From Thermoplasmatota archaeon (lineage in GTDB: Archaea; Thermoplasmatota; Penumbrarchaeia; Penumbrarchaeales; Penumbrarchaeaceae): a stretch of 29,797 bases of DNA. The position numbers were made by a program, and so were the translations under genes. Each line of letters opens with the position of its first letter. The stretch's first letter is position 1. Location of the stretch: NCBI GenBank assembly GCA_030600725.1, contig JAUVLN010000001.1, positions 1-29,797 on the forward strand. Reading direction: 5' to 3'. The notes beneath the pieces were generated by a model. That model saw nothing but the letters and a program-made list of their open reading frames with translations. It did not search any database and had not been told where the DNA came from. Shown here in pieces: positions 25,562 through 29,797 of the stretch.

Positions 25562-26866
25562 CTATAACCTGTTGCCAAAGTAAGGGCCACTTTGATCGAT
25601 GGTACCAACCTCCGGCAGGGATGACGGTTTGAAAAGATGCCTCCAGGCATCCTCCGGAGGCTCCATCATGCCCTTTTGTATGGACCTCATAACTGTGATC
25701 TCCAACTTTTTCAGGGAAGGGTCCACATGTCTACACCCCTTGCACCTGAGCGGCTGTCCCTTTCCCATGGATCCCATCTTCGCACCACACCTGGGGCAGG
25801 GGGGATTTGTGATCTCTACCTTCCGTGCCGGCGAGAGGACCTCCACCTTCTCCAGGTTCACGACCCTTGGATTGTCATTATCCGCGGAACGGACCCCCCC
25901 AAATATTCGAATTGCATCCCCGACGATGAGCTCGGACAGCTCCTTCCTGAAGCCTTTTGTGGGCTCGTAGGCGCCGCATCTGATCGAATCGCCCCTGTCG
26001 TCATCCACCTCGAAGAAGAGATGGCTCCCCCTCTCATATCTCGGTGGCGATGATACCATAGCGACCATTCTGATCGAGGAATGATCCCTGATCGACCGGA
26101 TGTCCCTGGTTTCCTCGATGTGGGCGTCCGTGTGCTGGTTGGTGGCCCACAGTACCCATCTCTCGATTCCCTCCGTGTCTATATTTGAGGCCATGGCCAG
26201 GGCATCCTTTGGGTCCATCCCCCTGATACCGAACAGGACCGGGCATGGGGACCTCGGGATGCAGAGGACCTTTCCATCCCTCGATACGTTGAAGAAGGTG
26301 GAGGGGTGCTCCAGGGCCGCTTTTATTATGCTTGCTTCATCTACCACCTTGGGCCCCTTGTCCTCACCCGACCGGTAGACGACCACCTCATTGGTGATAT
26401 CGGTCAATTCAGCACCAACAGCCGCCAGTGCGCCGATCAATCCCCGCCGGTTCTTCCACCCCCTGAAGAGCGCATTGCTGTTGCTTGCAAGGCGGACGGC
26501 TTCTTGAGTGTCCAGTACCTCGTGGAGCGCCCTGTGATAGAACCCATTTACAGCGTTAGGTACATCTCCCTCCAGCACGACCAAACCCGGATTGGTCTGG
26601 GGGTCCTCGAAGACAGAGAGCTCTTTGACGGCCTGCTCGGATATCCTGAAGATCTCTTCCCTGATACCTTCCTCCCCCTCGAGCCTGAGGCATACCGCCC
26701 CGTTCCCCCTCGTCTTCCAGGGGATGTTGGGATTGAGCCTGATCAGCTCCGGATGGGAGGCGGCTTTCAGTTTCAGGCGTTCCAGCAGGACGGCTCCCAG
26801 GTAGGTCGTACACATGCCCAGCGTGGCGGAGTCCGTGCAGTCGATACCCACATGATAGCGGGTCAC
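25562..26866 (-). CDS. tiaS: tRNA(Ile2) 2-agmatinylcytidine synthetase TiaS
   Basis: VGIDCTDS..GMCTTY, RLNPNIPWKTRGNGA, GLIGALAAVG, PCPVLFGIRG, TNQHTDAH, AYEPTK.FR and C-terminal CPRC..C. GTG 26866 overlaps the dys stop (GTGA). Confidence 0.93.
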   Translation of the reverse strand: MTRYHVGIDCTDSATLGMCTTYLGAVLLERLKLKAASHPELIRLNPNIPWKTRGNGAVCLRLEGEEGIREEIFRISEQAVKELSVFEDPQTNPGLVVLEGDVPNAVNGFYHRALHEVLDTQEAVRLASNSNALFRGWKNRRGLIGALAAVGAELTDITNEVVVYRSGEDKGPKVVDEASIIKAALEHPSTFFNVSRDGKVLCIPRSPCPVLFGIRGMDPKDALAMASNIDTEGIERWVLWATNQHTDAHIEETRDIRSIRDHSSIRMVAMVSSPPRYERGSHLFFEVDDDRGDSIRCGAYEPTKGFRKELSELIVGDAIRIFGGVRSADNDNPRVVNLEKVEVLSPARKVEITNPPCPRCGAKMGSMGKGQPLRCKGCRHVDPSLKKLEITVMRSIQKGMMEPPEDAWRHLFKPSSLPEVGTIDQSGPYFGNRL

Positions 26867-27819
26867 CCTCGTCCCCCTTCCATCTCCTGGATAAGCGAGG
26901 ATATCATCAGGGGAAGAAGGACCGTGGCGTCCCCTTCGACGGTGATGTGGGGGGCCTGCTCCTTCACCTTCCCCCAGGAGATGGCCTCCCGGATGCGGGC
27001 GCCGGAGAGGGATCCGTCCCACTCCACGGCGGTTGTAAGGCCTATTGCGTAATCGAGGCCTTCCCTGAACTGGTTCCACCAGATGACGTGGTGTTTGGAT
27101 ATGCCCCCCCCGATCATCAGGGCCCCTGTTTTTTTGGCGTCCCAGATGATGTCGGAGAGCTCCTGCTCGTCCTTGAGCAGGTCCAATCTGAAGTCCGAAT
27201 GCGTCTGCCGCCACATCCATAGCTGGGCTCCGAAGGCTCCGTCGAACGGCCCGGGGAGGTAGATGGGGATGTCGTTCTTTGCGGCCCAGTATGTTATGGA
27301 GGATTCGTCGTCGATCCTCTTTCCGATCTCCCGGACGATCCCCCTTGTGGAGAACTCCGTCTTCCCACCTTTCCAGATATCCTCCATCAGCTCCCTCATC
27401 TTCTTCTCGAGGATGATCCCGTAGGAGTCCATGGGAATGAGGATGTTGCCCAGCCTGTGTATCTCTTTTTGATGGAGCTCCACGTCGTCCATATCAAAGC
27501 TGCCGTGGTAGTACTTTCTCCAGATCCTGGCCAGGTCGTGGTCAAGGGTCCCGCAGGTTGTGATGACGCAGTCCACCCATTTCCGCTTTATCATTTCCTT
27601 GATGACCCCTCTGGTGCCTGTTGAGATGATACATGCAGGGAACGACAGGAAGTTGTAGCAATCCTCATCCTGGATCATGTCCCTGAGGATCGTTGCGGCC
27701 TCGTACACCTTCTTCGCCGTGAACCCTCCCGATCTGCCCATCTGCTCCATCAGGTCCTGTACGGTCGTGATGCTGCTCGGGTCGATATCCTCGACCGGTG
27801 GGAGGTCGTTTTCATTCAT
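26863..27819 (-). CDS. dys: Deoxyhypusine synthase
   Basis: GGFTA, FPACIISTGTRG, TTCGTLDHD, RLGNI, GGGISKHH, WDGSLSGA and EAISWGK (catalytic Lys). Confidence 0.95.
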   Translation of the reverse strand: MNENDLPPVEDIDPSSITTVQDLMEQMGRSGGFTAKKVYEAATILRDMIQDEDCYNFLSFPACIISTGTRGVIKEMIKRKWVDCVITTCGTLDHDLARIWRKYYHGSFDMDDVELHQKEIHRLGNILIPMDSYGIILEKKMRELMEDIWKGGKTEFSTRGIVREIGKRIDDESSITYWAAKNDIPIYLPGPFDGAFGAQLWMWRQTHSDFRLDLLKDEQELSDIIWDAKKTGALMIGGGISKHHVIWWNQFREGLDYAIGLTTAVEWDGSLSGARIREAISWGKVKEQAPHITVEGDATVLLPLMISSLIQEMEGGRG

Positions 27820-28001
27820 CTTGATCGGGCCGATATTATTGTGGTCCCTCTATTACCTTTCCCTTAGGGGGGATGTTTCATAATCGGGTGACGCATACCC
27901 TTGTTACATGTCGGGTGATTCGATTGAAAATGATTATAATTTTTATAATATTCACAAAACACATAGTAGAATTTATAAACCAAGGCGTAGGTTTCTGAAT
28001 A

Positions 28002-28745
28002 GTGTTTCAATATTCAATACCCTTTGAATTCGTTATAGATGTCTCAGGGACCCCAAAGGGCTCTACTTATTTTGGTATGGCCTCATTTCATCCAGGCTAT
28101 AAAGCGCGTGTATTGGGCGGTCTATATGCTCATTGCCGAGAGTGTAATTATCAAAAAGGAAGACAAATAAGTAGAGATGGCCTGATTGAAATTCTATCCT
28201 ATCTTAGCGAGCATAGGGTTAAAATGGCGCTCCTCCATTTTTCATCAATTGCTTGGAAAGAAAATTATGATAAGTACAAGAGGCACCATGATTTCTTAGA
28301 GAAAATGTATGCATCAAACTACATGAAATTATTAAGTTTATTTATGTGGAAAAATAATGCATATACATTGACAAGTTGCGTGGAATCTCAAGCTGGTAAA
28401 ATTGACAGAATTTTCCACAACTGCAACCGACTTGCATCAAAGTTGGAAGTGGATTTGGATTTTAATTATGGACATGATAAAACTAATAGAGGCATCAGAG
28501 TTGCTGATATAATTGCAAATGCGGGTAGAAAAATAAAAAGGGAGGATCTTGAAAATATTGAAAATTTAATAATCGTGAAGGATGCGCAGTTGAAACATTG
28601 GACCAAATGGACCACAAGATACTTGTTTGAAATCAGGAAGAAAAGCAAGTGGTCACATCATTCCGCAAAGGGGGTCCCTTTCACTTCAGAACAGGATATC
28701 CCGTCCGTACTTCGGGCCGACCCAGTGAGGTCAGTTCGGAGGTGA
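28002..28745 (+). CDS. DUF3800-like (RNase H-fold) protein
   Basis: N-terminal VIDVSG and C-terminal GIRVADIIAN match the DUF3800 pattern (DESG...ADxxA); AT-rich. Confidence 0.6.
   Translation: MFQYSIPFEFVIDVSGTPKGSTYFGMASFHPGYKARVLGGLYAHCRECNYQKGRQISRDGLIEILSYLSEHRVKMALLHFSSIAWKENYDKYKRHHDFLEKMYASNYMKLLSLFMWKNNAYTLTSCVESQAGKIDRIFHNCNRLASKLEVDLDFNYGHDKTNRGIRVADIIANAGRKIKREDLENIENLIIVKDAQLKHWTKWTTRYLFEIRKKSKWSHHSAKGVPFTSEQDIPSVLRADPVRSVRR
28667..28745 (+). ncRNA. Candidate DUF3800-associated structured RNA overlapping the gene's 3' end
   Basis: GC-rich tail with a 12-position closing stem (28681-28692/28734-28745, one mismatch), two internal hairpins and a preceding AAAGGG/CCCTTT hairpin. 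Confidence 0.55.
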
Positions 28746-28840
28746 ATAATGACTACACATACTATCATGTGTCATCACCTCAAATATAAAATGGTTTAGA
28801 TATATTTAATATTTACCTATAAAAAATTGAAGAATGAAGA

Positions 28841-29330
28841 TCAATATTGATAAATAGATGATAATATTAAATTAAGTTGGTATTTTTTTGCTTTCTTTAA
28901 ATAGACCAGCCAAGGATTATAGGCAGGCATAGACAGTCCTGCTATCTGTGCAGGTGCCATACCTTCAAGCCCCATATGAGGTCGGATGAAATTGTATAAA
29001 ACCCCTCATTACCTTGGTCCTCTCCCTGAAGGTTCCGTTTAACCTCTCTATATTCTGGTTGAGAAAGTGTTTCCTTTTTGATGGTGTTCTGTAATGTATT
29101 GTCTTATTTTTATTTTCATAGAATACTTTTCTATTGGCATCAATATATGATTGTAGGCCATCTGTTATCAATGCATCTGGTTTCTTACCAGCTCTCTCTT
29201 GATCTTGTTTATAGACCATTGAGGCATCCTTAACCTATCTGTTCTTAGTGATGGTCGAGGCCAATAGGAAACGAGTGGAGCTGTCCATGAGGTTCCAGAT
29301 TAAAAAATATTGTTCATCACCCGAAATGTA
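28841..29330 (-). pseudogene. Degraded IS6-family (DDE) transposase fragment
   Basis: YFLIWNLMDSSTRFLLAS..KNR*(TAG)...KKPDALITDGLQSY...NQNIERLNGTFRERTKVMRGF, then a frameshift into YNFIRPHMGLEGMAPAQIAGL..NPWL. No N-terminus and no terminal inverted repeats found. Confidence 0.8.
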
Positions 29331-29435
29331 ACAGCTTTTAAGATTCAGGCCATTTCACCCGTTAATGAAACAGCACCCCCTTCGGGGAGGTATTGTTCCG
29401 CAAGGAATATTGCCTAGGAGACGATTGAAAGGGAT

Positions 29436-29797
29436 ATGGATGATATCATCCGGGGCACCCTTCTCATCTGGGCCGCCGCCTTCGTTCTCCTGCGGATGGA
29501 CGGCCTCGTCCTGATCTACATGAGGAGGGGTCGGATCAATGTGATGCCCGCCGTCCTTCTCGTCCTGGCGTCCCCTGTTCTTGGTTTGGGGTCCATAGCG
29601 CTCAGCACGTCGGAGGGGTTCACCAGATCATGGAGGGGGAGGACCTCCTTCACCATCCTGGTGTATTTCATGATCTTTTTGATGTCGCAGATTGCTGCGG
29701 GCTTCCTTGCGGTCCAGGCGTTCGTCTTCATGGGCATAGGGGTGCCTTCCGGAAGGGCGATCGGTCCCGGTGCGGATGCTGTTGGTTTCTCCCCCGT
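29436..29797 (+). CDS. Hypothetical multi-pass membrane protein (partial, runs off the window)
   Basis: Open from ATG 29436 to the window end: MDDIIRGTLLIWAAAFVLL... with three or more hydrophobic segments. Absent from the ORF track because it has no stop. Confidence 0.6.
   Translation, partial: MDDIIRGTLLIWAAAFVLLRMDGLVLIYMRRGRINVMPAVLLVLASPVLGLGSIALSTSEGFTRSWRGRTSFTILVYFMIFLMSQIAAGFLAVQAFVFMGIGVPSGRAIGPGADAVGFSP

Noticed and set aside
26867-27220. ORF-track N-terminal extension of TiaS (552 aa)
   Set aside because: It is an alternative frame inside dys; the TiaS family N-terminus begins at GTG 26866.
29253-29258. In-frame TAG in the IS6 fragment as possible pyrrolysine read-through
   Set aside because: The same element has a frameshift, a deletion and no 5' end, and there are no pyl genes in the window; ordinary decay explains it.

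Overview
Archaeal chromosomal window. Evidence for the domain: eS17, Rpo10, Rpo6, TiaS, deoxyhypusine synthase and an archaeal-type tRNA-Pro. Strong GGAGGTGA ribosome-binding sites and large acidic surface proteins suggest Thermoplasmatota (inference). A GC-rich core is flanked by two AT-rich accessory patches: an RloA/RloB (AbiL-like) pair on the left, and a DUF3800-like gene plus an IS6-family remnant on the right. Most notable: (1) a divergent ModE-like regulator with a degenerate Nudix-like domain, a correctly spaced ModE-type operator, and an 8-gene operon encoding an ECF transporter (S, A-A', T), MobB, an alkaline-phosphatase-family fusion and six secreted sulfite-oxidase-fold domains, which looks like a molybdopterin/Mo-W cofactor scavenging system; (2) an orphan 3 x 135-bp tandem array of three-hairpin units with clear compensatory base changes and a shared loop motif; (3) a compact multi-stem RNA-like structure at the 3' end of the DUF3800-like gene; (4) four genes whose family-typical N-termini have no ATG/GTG/TTG start. 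All family calls are by motif recognition, with no database search.
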